Source of the DNA: Callorhinchus milii
Taxonomy: Eukaryota
Reading direction: 5' to 3'
DNA length: 64,000 bases
NCBI RefSeq assembly: GCF_018977255.1
Contig: NW_024704742.1
Location: 39,310,001 to 39,374,000, forward strand
Under the pieces are notes generated by a model, which saw only the letters and a list, made by a program, of their open reading frames with translations, was not told the DNA's origin and did no database searches. Below are positions 51,311 through 63,302 of the stretch, piece by piece (the stretch's first letter is position 1; each line of letters begins with the position of its first letter). The position numbers were made by a program, and so were the translations under genes.

Positions 51311-54300
51311 AAAGGAGACTGAATTGTTAGTTGAGGTAAACTGATATGGGATGGGGAAGCTGATGGCAGGAAAACAAGCTGAGGGGCTAGTTCTGGAAGA
51401 CAATGAACATAACATGACTGACATACAACATCAACAACTTGTATTTATATAGTACCTTTCATGTGGGTAGCTTCTCGAGACAAAGACCCATAGAAATTTA
51501 CAGAACTAAAGAAGGCCATTTTGACTGGTCTTTTTACGAACACTCTTTTTTTGTCCTCCGACTTGCCCTTTCCCCATAACCCTGTAGTAGAGGAGGAAAT
51601 GGGAGATGGTAAGTACTGTTTAACATTAAGATTTTACATTTGTGACATGCACATTTATAATGTTAATTACCATCAAACAATCATAACATTACTGCCTTTA
51701 CCTTGATATAGGATGGAGAGCCTGCTTTACATTTAGCCCCCCACCAACTGTAACCAAACACCTGATATGAGTGTTCTGCTAATGTACGTGTTGGCACATG
51801 CTCAGAGTATATAAATTGGATAGCTTTTTGGGGTATTTTTAGTACTAGTTTAAATTGCTCTTTTATTAAACGTTCAAAATCATTCTGTTTAAAACTGCAG
51901 TCATGTACAGAGAGCTTTGACCATGGTAGAATGATTCCTTGTGTAATTCACACCAGTGATGTTTATACTGCCTGGGTGTGAGTTCCAGTGATCCTGAAAC
52001 AACCTCCTCCCATTGGTGCCAGGAGTAAAGCTCCAGCACATTTCACACTACCTCAGCCCCCATTCACACTGCATGTTTAACAATGAATCTTTACCTGTCC
52101 CACAGTGAAGCTACACCAAACGTGCAGAAAACTGCAGCATAAAAGCATCAGTGAAAGAAGACTCCAACTCTTTGGGTTCAAGACTCCTGGGAGATCTATT
52201 CATGAGAACTGCATGAAGGATGCTACGTGCAAGGTGTTGTTATATCCTGAAGAACTGCAAGTGACAAATTGTAAATGCACTCTCACTTAAGTGGTAAAGT
52301 AAAATGCCATTTTTATATATAATAGTTTTACTACGAGATTATGTTTTTATTTAGTAATTACGATATATTTCCATTAATAACTGGGGATGATTATGAATTA
52401 CAAAATGCGGCGGGCAATGTGATAATTATTGAGGATGATAATTTTGCATCACGTATTGTGATTTTCAACCCTGTGATTCTTTTGCAGGTGAAGATCTTGA
52501 TACGTGACTTATTCCCTTCGTCCTTATTCTAAATCAAAGAACAATCCCAGTAAGTAATTCCAAAGCTTCAAGAAATCTAGAATGGATGTAAAAGAGAAGA
52601 GTCTGGTTGATGCACTATGAGTGGGAACCCCGTCACTTAGATTTGTATTTCTTTTTCATGCCACCCAGTTCTGCCCTTTTTTTAATCTTATTTTATTTTA
52701 TTTCCAACATCATAGCATAGAAACCACTTCACTGAAACAAGACCATTAAACAGTCTCAGACCATCCAGCAGACAAGATTATTATCACAATCTTCAGAGAG
52801 AACATTGCAATTTCTTTTAATAATTCCCTTATCTGAAATTTAAAGCCTCTATGGATAACTAAATCAATTCATTTTTTCAGATGCAATCATGGTGCAGCCC
52901 CTCAAATGTCTGAGTGTTTGCCTTTTAACCAAAAGGTTGGAAGTGTGAGTAACGGGGCTGTCTGTCATTTATATTAACATATCTCAGTTTTCTGTCCGCA
53001 GTTTATGGCATAGGAAATTATAGAGAAGCAATCTATTGTAAAAAGGGGGAGGGGGTGAGAACAATTTATTGCCTAGTTTACTATATTGTATTATGCCCCC
53101 ATACTGTTAACTACAGAGAAATGTTTAGAGATGTCATTATAAACAGTAACCTGTGTGTAAGGTAAATACCGGACAGCTTAAGTGGCTTACACTGTCAAAT
53201 GTAATGGAAAAATATGCAGAAATGTTGCGAATGCTGTAAAACCATACTTAAAATAAATATTATTTGCTATATATTCAAAACATGAATGTTCAGTTTAGGG
53301 TGCTTTACTGCATCGTTTAATGCAGAACAATAAAGAGAGAAACGTGTTTTGAAATGAAATATTAAAAACAGATCAGAGCTTAAAGTTGTCAATGGAATTC
53401 CACTTAGGTCGAATCTCTCGTTAGTAGAAACTGTAAATCAAAATCACAAGACCGCAGGAGAAGTTCAGATGAGAACACCCCTTAGTACATTTGATCTTGT
53501 CTTGCAGAAGTCCCACCTCGCTAACTTTCTACTATATGGTAGTATCAAGCAGTTCCTTAAATGAGTCCAATACCATTTGTCTTCATTCCAGCAATTGCTT
53601 ACACACTGTGTAAGGATATACATCCTACTGTCTATCTAAACCTGTAACTTCTGCCTTGGCAGCTAAATATATTGTCCTTTTCTCTATCCACCAAAACATC
53701 TTGTTTATCTTTATAACATCTTTTCTGAGACAGCTTGAAGTGCCTCTGACCACAGTAAAGCCTGGGGAAAAAAGGAAATTACGTCATCCTTTAGGCTCAG
53801 CCTTATTTATCAAGCTGCACTTTCTTAAAGGAAACAGTCTACAATATTATGAATTCTGTGAAACCACGTTTACGTTAAAATCAGGTTTATTCAAGTTCAA
53901 TTGGGTGCAGTTTTCTTTCCTTCACTACACCATTCGATATAGTTCTGACCCAACATTTACACAATTGACACTGACTGCGTCGTTGTAGGGATTTTGATGT
54001 GCCTGTTTTGGAGTTATCCTTTCTATGAAAGCTCATTCCTTGTTCATTTACTGTATGTGTCTTCCCTGCTGTGTGAGGTGCAGTATACACAGAACACAAA
54101 AATTCAAACTGTGACTGCTTATTGCTAAATACATTTGACAATTTTTCTATGGAATTTAGAATTTGATATCTTGTCCTGATTGGTCAAATCAACATCTATA
54201 TTTGTCAGGTATTATTCTAGTAAAACAAGAAGATACAATTCAGATTTATTGTTTGAAGTTATGTCTTATTGCATTGCTTTTAGTTTTGACATTTACCCTG

Positions 54301-54484
54301 CCAAATCTAAGATTACTCATTATTGGCCAGTAGCACAATGCTGCATTATTATTTTGAGCACATAAAGTACCCATTATTCTCTCATCACTGTTATTACTGC
54401 CATCGGCGTGCAAACCCTCTGACTCCTATGTTTGCAATATCATTTGCAATTCACAAACGTCAGTCTCAAACAAGTGAACTAATG

Positions 54485-55395
54485 ATCAGCAACTTACATT
54501 TATACAGTACCATTTATGTTGCAAAAAATCTGAAAATGCTGAACAAAGACACTTTGAGAAACTCCTTTCTCTTTTCGAGTAGTGCCAATGAGATCTTTAA
54601 AGTCCACCTGTACAGGCAGATGAGACCTTGGTTTAATGTTTCATCTAAAAGACACTACCTCCGACAATACAACACTTCCCCACACTGCAACAACAACAAA
54701 AAATGTAATTTGTACAGTGCCTTTGACGTTGGGAGGACGTCCCAAGGTGCTGGACAGGCAGAGTTACGGACCCGAGCTGGAGGTCAGGGTGGGGGTGTGT
54801 GGAGGGCAGGGGTGGAAGCAGGGAGATCAAAAGCACGGTCGAAGAGGAGGGTCTTGAGGTGGGTGTTTAAGGTAGCGAGTGAGAGGGCTAGATGGAGGGA
54901 CTTGGGGATGGAGTTCCAGAGGGTGGGTGCAGAGTGGCGGAAGGCCCACCCGCCAATAGTGGGGTGAGCAAGGTGGGGGACGTGACGCAGGCTGGAGTGG
55001 AGGGAGCGAACAAGATGGTAGGGGTTTAGGAGGTCAGAGAGGTAGGTGGGAATAAGACCGTGGAGGGCTTTGAAGGTGAGGACCAGGATCTTGAACTGTA
55101 TTCTCTGTGTGATGGGAAGCCAGGGGAGTTGGGCAAGGATGGGGGTGATAAGGTTGTGGAGTCTAGTGTGGGAGAGAACACAGGCTGCAGAGTTCTGGAT
55201 GATCTGCAGCCTGTGGAGGGAGGAGTTGGGGAGGCCAACAAGCAATGAGTTTGATGTAATGAAAGCATGTATGAGAGTTTCGGCGGCCTCCACTGCAGTG
55301 GAGTGTCAGCCTGCACTATGAGTACAAAGTCCCGACATGGGGATATCAACTTCTCTGACTCAGAAGAGAGAATCTTACCAACTGAGCCAGGCTAC
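54485..55395 (-). mobile_element. Old SacSINE1-like copy split by an L2 insertion (54690-55290)
   Basis: L2 frame ETLIHAFITS...LQIIQNSAA...FKILVLTFKALHGL; CACTGCA is duplicated at 54683-54689 and 55291-55297. Confidence 0.9.
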
Positions 55396-56638
55396 GCCAC
55401 AATAAAGGCAGGCACAGATGGTGGAGAAAACAGAATTGATGCAGTGGAAGTAGTTTGTGACAGGATTGGAAAACAAGGATGAGGATCTTGAAGTTGATCC
55501 GCGGAGATACAGACAACTATTGGAGCTTGGCAAAGTCAGGCAATACAACCAGATTACATGCCCAAAATGGGTCAATCTGAACCAGCTTCCAACCCCACCA
55601 ATGCTCTGAGACGTGACCCTGCATGAGAGGTGCTATATAAATACAAGTTGTTGTTGTCCAAATGAAGGAGACCTATCTTCAAATTGCTGCACTGAATGCC
55701 TGTTGTTCTCTGATTAAAGAAATAGCCGGCATTTATTATAACGCTGCTTTCCGATTGTTATCATTGACAGGCTATGCCTGTCGGGCTCCGCCACTGCTAA
55801 GTGCTCTGAGACTCTACCCTACGTGAAGGGTGCTATATAAGTGCAAGCTGTTATTGTTGACAAGACATGGGAGGTCAGTTTTATTTATGAAAAAGGATGC
55901 TTTGCTGGCAGAAAATGTTCTGTTAATCTTCTTGAATTAACTTCACAGAATTGTACTAGAACAAAAATGTACCAGATGATTCATTTACTGTGCTGATAGC
56001 TGCCTGTTGAACAATTGTTTGGCTTCCTCTGTCTTCTCCACTGCTGCCAACCCAAATCTAATCTCTGAACCATTATTTTAAACTATTGCTTTTAAATCAA
56101 ATTTTCTGCTTTATTTGTTTTCACAGGAATGCTGGATGGGTACCTCAGGGAGGTTTTATCAGTAGCAGAAAAAATCTTGTGTCTGTAATAGCTGAACTAT
56201 TCAATAGGTTTGGAATTTTTATAAGGCAGTGTTACAATTTCTATATCTGTGCAGTGTGAAACTGGATAATTGCAATTTAATGCTCCTGGTTCATTGGGCT
56301 TTAGAATTTTAGTTGCACGCAAATAACATATAAATATTTCTATTTAGAGTGCCCAGCAAATTAAGTTAAACAATGTTATGAAATGTTGTCCATTGTTAAA
56401 GATCAGCTGTGGAAGTGAACACTCTCTCCTCTGACTTCCGCACAATGCTTGTTGTTAAGACTGTTTGAAAAAAATCCAGCCACCATCTTGGAGTTGGCAA
56501 AGTTCATTGTTTCTTTTTGTTGCTGGAGTCAGCATTTAAGGACTGCTTCCCACTCACTGTCTGATTCAAAGTTGTTCTGTCGGTATCCTCCATGATCCAG
56601 GAGCAGCAAAGCATCAGGCATTGTGAGGTTTCACAATT

Positions 56639-56949
56639 AATAATAAATCCTTGCATTTTGATATAGCGCTTTTCACGTCGGGAGGATGTCCCAAAGCGCT
56701 TCACAGGACATACTGTAAAGTGAATTGACTGTATATTTGTGGGTGAACGCGGCAGCCAATTGCGCAAGGCAATGTCCCACAAACAGTCGTAGATTGAAAA
56801 TGACCAATTATTATTGTTTTTGGTTTGGGAGGGATTATTATTAGGTGTGTGGAGTAAGGAAACTTGCCCAAGGTTTCGCCCTGCCTGGAATTGAACTCAG
56901 GTCTCTCGCTTGCAAAACGAGTGCTCTAACCACTGAGCTACAGGACTCC
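56639..56949 (-). mobile_element. Young tRNA-Ala SINE, full length
   Basis: Close match to 7622-7936. Confidence 0.95.
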
Positions 56950-57533
56950 AATTAATTTTACATTAAACAGAGAAAAGCTCAAATGCAACCATTATGCAAA
57001 GCAGGATGGGGGAAAGGAAACTACTACCCTCCCCACCAAACCTCTCCATCAGCCTCGGCACAATGGTTGCTCCTGAGGTTTTCTCTGCTCAAAGGAAATT
57101 TAATTGTGAAATCTTGTGAGGCTTGACATTTCTTTTTAATATACTGCTGCAAGAGTAAAACATTTGAGAGGGCTGTGCGTGCATACATCAGGTGCAGGAA
57201 TCAGTACACATGGGGAGCTTAAACCCAGGCTTCTGTTTACCAGTGTGCACTCTGCATTTCATGTCTGCAGTAAAGGCAAAGATTTACATTTTTTTTAGAA
57301 AATCTGCTGAGCTATTTGAGGCAGAAATGGGAAGCAGTGTAGTCAGTCTTATTGTACAGCTATGAAAGTCAGAGGGTTTGCAACTAAGTGTTTTATTATC
57401 AGCATTACTCTTGAATTATTGGTAAAACCAGAGCAAAATTTGGATGTAATCTTGTGTTGGTGAGAATTTGTTGCTGATCTATCTACATTTGAAGAACCAT
57501 TTAAAAAAAAATATCTATTTTTACCCCGAGTCA

Positions 57534-57942
57534 CTGGGGACAGGATTCTTCTCACTCAGCACTTGTTAACCCTACAAGCCAAAGCCCTAACTGGTAGGAG
57601 GGATCCTACCTGGAGAAGAGGCATGAAAGCTTGCCAAAAGTACTTTGAATAGTAAGCTTTGCGGTTTTAACTGGTTAAACTCCAGCAGTACCTCAAATCA
57701 GCAGCACACTCTGGGGTCCCCAAGCCTTGGCTCTTGCCAGCCTGTGCCTAATACTCTCCAGAATTAAGTAAACAGGATGCGTTTCTCAAGGGAAAGAGCG
57801 CACTTTCCATTCCAATGCATTTCATGGAAAATTCATGAAATTTGAGAAGTGTGAGATGCATGAAATTCTCAGTTTGGTTTGGAAACTCATAAGCATGGTG
57901 ATGAGTTCCTGAATGTGTCAGATTCCTGTCTGACCAAAATAA
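57534..57942 (+). repeat. Family X repeat, long copy
   Basis: Colinear with 38908-39287; ends GTCTGACCAAAATAAA. Confidence 0.85.
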
Positions 57943-60051
57943 AGTGTGGAATTTGGTTTAAAATTGCACTGTATTTTCTTTGGGCTTTGAGCCTATGTAG
58001 GCTTCTTGGGGTCAGGGAATTGTTTCCACATATTGTGCCTCTCCCCATTGCTTATTTTTCAGTATAAAATGTTTGAAGGAGTTTCAATGAGCTCATAATA
58101 TTCAAAGTTGGTAATCGTTTTCCAGAGTAAGCTGACTGCAGGCAGTAATTTCTTTTTTTAAGGGATATTTAATTTTTCCATTAGAATAATTTAATTCTTT
58201 AACTGCAGGAGGTACAGTTCAGCCACTTGCAGAAATGTTGGTTGGAAAAGGCCTGTGGCATTTGTGTTAATATACTGGATTTTTAGTGAACACTAGTGGT
58301 GATTATTAACTATCAATATCTTTAATGGAGCCATACAATGTAAGCAAAGAATGGTTGGAGAATGTTATCATTCATTTCAGAAGGAGGAAATGAGCCACAG
58401 AATAACATTCAGTGATTGCTGTAAGGCTTGAAAGGGAGGAATGAAAGAAAGATGATAGATCAGTGTGCTGAAAATGTATAACCCTTTCTAAAGCAGCTCA
58501 GTCAGTCATAAAATCTGTGTATATGAGTTAGACTAATAATTGATTTATGGACTCATCCTGTCACGTTGATAGAGGACCAGTTAAAAATGTCCAGTTTAAC
58601 AAATGGAAGTGTGAATTACTTTGATTACAACTAAACTCAAATCAAAGGCACGATTGCTGGTGAAGAAGGATAATGATGATGTTTGATGTAAAAAAGGAAA
58701 TTTCAAACCGAAAATAGATTGTGGTTTCTCAGCATGATGCAAAGTTCCTGCATCCACAACTTGTCTTTTGTTCTGGGCCATTAATACAATGCAATCCACA
58801 GAGGGCGCTGTTGTTTATTGTACAACACAGCGATGGAAGGTAGATCAAACAAGACTTCTTTGAAAATTTCAAATAATATCACATATGTTTCCGCATGTGT
58901 CAGACCCTTGGCTAACTAAAATAAAATCATGTATTGATGTTGATAATGATGCTTCCGGTTTTAAACTAGATCCAGTTTGGGAGAGTGCTTGGGTAACTTC
59001 TCCATCAATGGACCTATTTTAGCTTTTGACTCTCAGTCAGCTGCGTGAAACTCTTTGAAACATTCTCCGGATGGGAAAAACACTATATAAATATAGATTG
59101 TTGTTGTTCTTTGCCATTCTGGCATCTTGCCATTAATTACAGTGATCTTTCGCCCACAAAATATATCGTCATATTTTGTTTTCACTTTACACTATATTCT
59201 GTGAAGCGCTTTGGGATGTTACCCTGCGTGGAGGGTGCTATATAAGTGCAAATTGTTGTTGTTGTCTCAAAGATGTGATAAGGCACTATATCAAATGCAA
59301 GGATTATTATTATTGTCCTTATTCTCAACTCCCTCCAAGGTACCAGATTGTGACACAGAAAAACGTTCTAGCACCAGTGCAGAATGAAGGAACATATGAA
59401 ATAGATTTAGCAGTAATGGTGAGCAACCACAATACAATCCAATTTACAATTATACAGGAACTTTAATATTGGGAGTACATCTCAAAGCACTGACAATGCT
59501 GGCTGAGTGCCCGATCTGGGGGTGGGAGCCGAGCATGGGTGGGGAGGAAGGGAGGGGAAAGATGACTGAAAACACGGTCAAAGTATCATCTCACTTGGAG
59601 TATTCTAGCCCTCAGTTTTACGTTACTTTATGAGAAAGGGCATCTTCTACTCGTCACATTTTTTTAAAAAAACAGGTTATCAATGCATTCCAAATCTTTT
59701 ATTATAATATGGATGCTTTAATGGTGCAAAAAATGTGACACTACTCTTGTAATTGCCATGGTGACCTGCAGCTGAGTTGAGCTTGTATCTCAACATAGAT
59801 ATGTATATAACACCTGAGTGGAATTTGCTCTTGCGTAAGAGTCTCAGATTTTCCTTGAACTTCAGCGGTAGTAGACTTCTGGTGTAAACTGCAACTAAAT
59901 GAATAGAGTGTAGCCTCAAAGTCCAAACAAAATAACTAAATTCATAACTGAAGAACTGAAGAATTAATAACTGAATAGCTTTCTTCCTATAAATTAATAA
60001 ATTGCTTATTTCCTGATGAATTTCTGTGTTCTGTTAAAAGTGAGGGGGTAC

Positions 60052-60382
60052 AGTCCTGTAGCTTAGTGGTTACAGCAATCACCTCACAAGTGAAAGGACC
60101 TAGTTTTGATTCTCAGGCAGGGTGAACCGTTAGGCAAGTTTTCTTACTCCACACACCTCTGTTTACCTCGCAGGAAGTAGGAACCCGGTTGTTAGTCAAT
60201 TGGCCAATCGCTTTCCGGGGGTAACAATCCGTTCAAAAAAATTATAATTAAGGTATTTGGTCACTCAATCCACAACTGCTTGTGGGACACCACTGCGCGC
60301 AATTGGCTACCGGGTTTTGCCCACAAAATATACAGTCAATTCACTGTACAGTATATTCTATGAAGCACTTTGAGACGTCTCA
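60052..60382 (+). mobile_element. tRNA-Ala SINE, long form
   Basis: Head, CCTCTGTTTACCTCGCAGGAAGTAGGAACCCGGTTGTTAGTC block and Deu-like block; extreme 3' end lost. Confidence 0.9.
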
Positions 60383-60454
60383 TCGAAAAGATTCCATCTT
60401 AACTCAGTGCAGAATTTCTAATAAGTGAGAACTTCACTTCAACACTATGTACCT

Positions 60455-60865
60455 TCAGACAGGCAGGTGGGACTTGGTTTAACGTCTCATCCAAAGGATG
60501 CCAGCCCTCCCCCAGCACTATGTTGGGAATGTCAGCCTTGACTATATAATTGTAGTTTCCTTAGACCACACGCCTAATAATAATCCCTCCAAAACAAAAC
60601 AATAATAAATTGATCATTTTCAATCCACGACCGTTTGTGGGACACTGCTGTGCGCAATTGGTTGCCGCGTTTCGCCCACAAATATACAATCAATTCATTT
60701 TACAGTCTATTCTGTGAAGCACTTTGAGACGTTGAGAAGATGTGAAAAGCACTATATCAAATGCAAGGATTATTATTATTATTATAAGCTTAAAGTCCCA
60801 TCATGGGGCTTGAACGCAACTTCTGACTCAGAGTCGAGAATGCTACCAAATGAGCCAAGTCGACA
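60455..60865. mobile_element. Old SacSINE1-like copy (-) with a 5'-truncated young SINE (+, ~60555-60784) inserted
   Basis: Minus-strand Deu block and head flank a plus-strand SINE body with (TTA)n. Confidence 0.85.
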
Positions 60866-61013
60866 TACAGAAGTCGATATTTAATGAACCCATTTCATAA
60901 GAAACTGGGATGTACGAGCAAAGTTTGCTGTATCTTTTAACAGATTCCTCATCTTAATAAGCACATGAAATGCTTTAATGAGTGCAGAATATTAAGGAAT
61001 ATAGAGGCAAAGT

Positions 61014-61634
61014 TGATGATATTCCATGACACATTCCTTGTGTTAATTAGCATAAGAAACTCTTTAAGGAATATGCTCAATCTTGCTCATGATTAGTACC
61101 CCCATTGCTAGCCAAAGTTAAAAAAAACACATTTTATATATTAATTCTCATGATGTACATCAGGTTCCTGGTGAAGATCAATATCGTGGCATAGACAGGA
61201 TCCCAGTTAAGGCCATAAGAGTTTAATTAAGGGATTCCCTTCTCTTTTAAACCGACAGGCAAGTGGATGGGAAGGCGTGATTACATGGAAGTCCATACTT
61301 AGTTCAAGAATGAGTAAGACATTTGCCAGTATTGCCTAAAACATTCCACATGCTAATAAAGATAAGGAATGTACTAAACGATACTCCAAATTTTGCCCAT
61401 ACATCCTATGTTCTTATGAAGTGGGCTCTGCTGCTGTGTTTACTCTATGCTAACTCCCTGCTCGCTGGACTTCCCAACTCTTCCCTCAACAGACTGCATC
61501 CTTATAATATATAAAATGTGTTTTTTTTAACTTTGGCTAGCAATGGGGGTACTAATCATGAGCAAGATTGAGCATATTCCTTAAAGAGTTTCTTATGCTA
61601 ATTAACACAAGGAATGTGTCATGGAATATCATCA
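61014..61634. repeat. Perfect 130-bp inverted repeat (61014-61143 / 61505-61634)
   Basis: Base-by-base reverse complement, including the A8/T8 run; 361-bp spacer. Confidence 0.97.
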
Positions 61635-62300
61635 GTGGAGTCCTGTAGCTCAGTGGTTAGAGCACTCGCTTTGCAAGTGAGAGACCTGAGTTCAATTCCA
61701 GGCAGGGCGAAACCTTGGGCAAGTTTCCTTACTCCACACGCCTAATAATAATCCCTCCAAAACAAAAACAATAATAAATTGGTCATTTTCAATCTACGAC
61801 TGTTTGTGGGACATTGCTGTGCGCAATTGGCTGCCGCGTTCGCCCACAAATATACAGTCAATTCACTTTACAGTCTATTCTGTGAAGCGCTTTGGGACGT
61901 CCTCCCGACGTGAAAAGCGCTATATCAAATGCAAGGATTATTATTATTATTATTATTATCCAGAACTCTACAGCTTGTCTCCTCTGCCATACCAAGCTCT
62001 GTGAACCAATCACCCCAATCCTCATCCGGCTCCACTGGCTCCTCCTCCCTCAGAGGATTGAGTTTAAAATCCTCTTCCTCATTTCCGCTTCACAGTAAAG
62101 CCCTCCCTCGCTTTACGATTTCTTAACACCACACCAACCTGTCAGGTCCCTCCATTCAGCAGGCACTAGCCTGCTCAGTGTCCCTCGACCTGTCTGCCCC
62201 ACCATTGATGGACGGGCCTTCTGCTTTTCTGTCCAGCGCCTTGGGACGTCCTTCTGATGTGAAAGGTGCTATATAAATGGAATTTGTTATTGTTGTTGTG
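61440..62300 (+). mobile_element. Decayed L2 3' fragment split by the inverted copy plus SINE
   Basis: YANSLLAGLPNSSLNRLH before 61505 continues as IQNSTACLL...LHWLLLPQRIEFKIL after 61959; (TTG)n tail. Confidence 0.9.
61635..61959 (+). mobile_element. Young tRNA-Ala SINE, full length
   Basis: Complete head, body and (TTA)n tail. Confidence 0.96.
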
Positions 62301-63302
62301 CTTGAACTCCATTGAGTAATTTATACAGAGGAGCAATAGTTTTCCTTCATTCACAAACAGGGAAAACAACACACGAAAATTGTAAAACTACCACACAGCA
62401 TTCATAGTACTCACAAGAGATGTCCTATACTGTTGAGTAAAGCTACTAGCATTAACGATAATTATCTGATTTTCATCAAGACTTCATTTTTACATTTAAC
62501 ATTGGAAAGTCAAAACTTTGGAATTTGCAAATTAGAATCCATTGATCTGATCCTGCTACCTAATGTAAGAATATCCTTTTACTGCAGGAAACATATCATT
62601 CTGATCAGCATACTTCAGGTAGATAATTTGTTCATGTGCTTTAAATGGGTTTCTGCTCCATTTGGTGCGTTTCACCAATTTGCCCCGTGTGCCTAAAAAT
62701 ATATCTAAAACAATTTAAAATGAATAATTTATTTTTACACCTTCAATATCTGTTTTAAGATTGCATTGGAGGTATTTCTAATTTCACAAACCTACCGAGC
62801 GTAACAGAAAGATGTTACTCCACATGAATACATTGATCGCCCAAGATGTGTCTCTCTACTGCTGGAAGAAATGGATACACATATCTAACTTTGTCTTCTC
62901 TGGAACCATTGTTGAAGGAGTTAATCAGCATAGCAATACCAATTTGCGTTTGAAATTTACTTTCCATATTCATTACTCTTTGGGAAAATGTTTCTCTTTC
63001 TCCTGAACCGACTTGGAGTCTCTAGTTTTGCTCTCATGATCAATAAATACATTTTCATCATAATAATCCTTGTAGTTGATATAGCACCTTATCATGTCAT
63101 TGAGACTCAAAGCACTTCACAGAAAATACTGTAAAGTGAATTCACTCTATATTTTGTGGGCAAAATGCCCACATCTCTAAACGTTATAAACTTTTCTTCA
63201 CTCAATCTATTTTATGTTAATGAAAACAAACTCAACACTGTGAGCCTCTTCACATACATTTGCCCATGTCACTCTTCTCTGAAAGCCTCTCCATTAGTTT
63301 AA

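Noticed and set aside
54323..54967. 214-aa ORF
   Set aside because: Reads antisense through SINE and L2 remnants.
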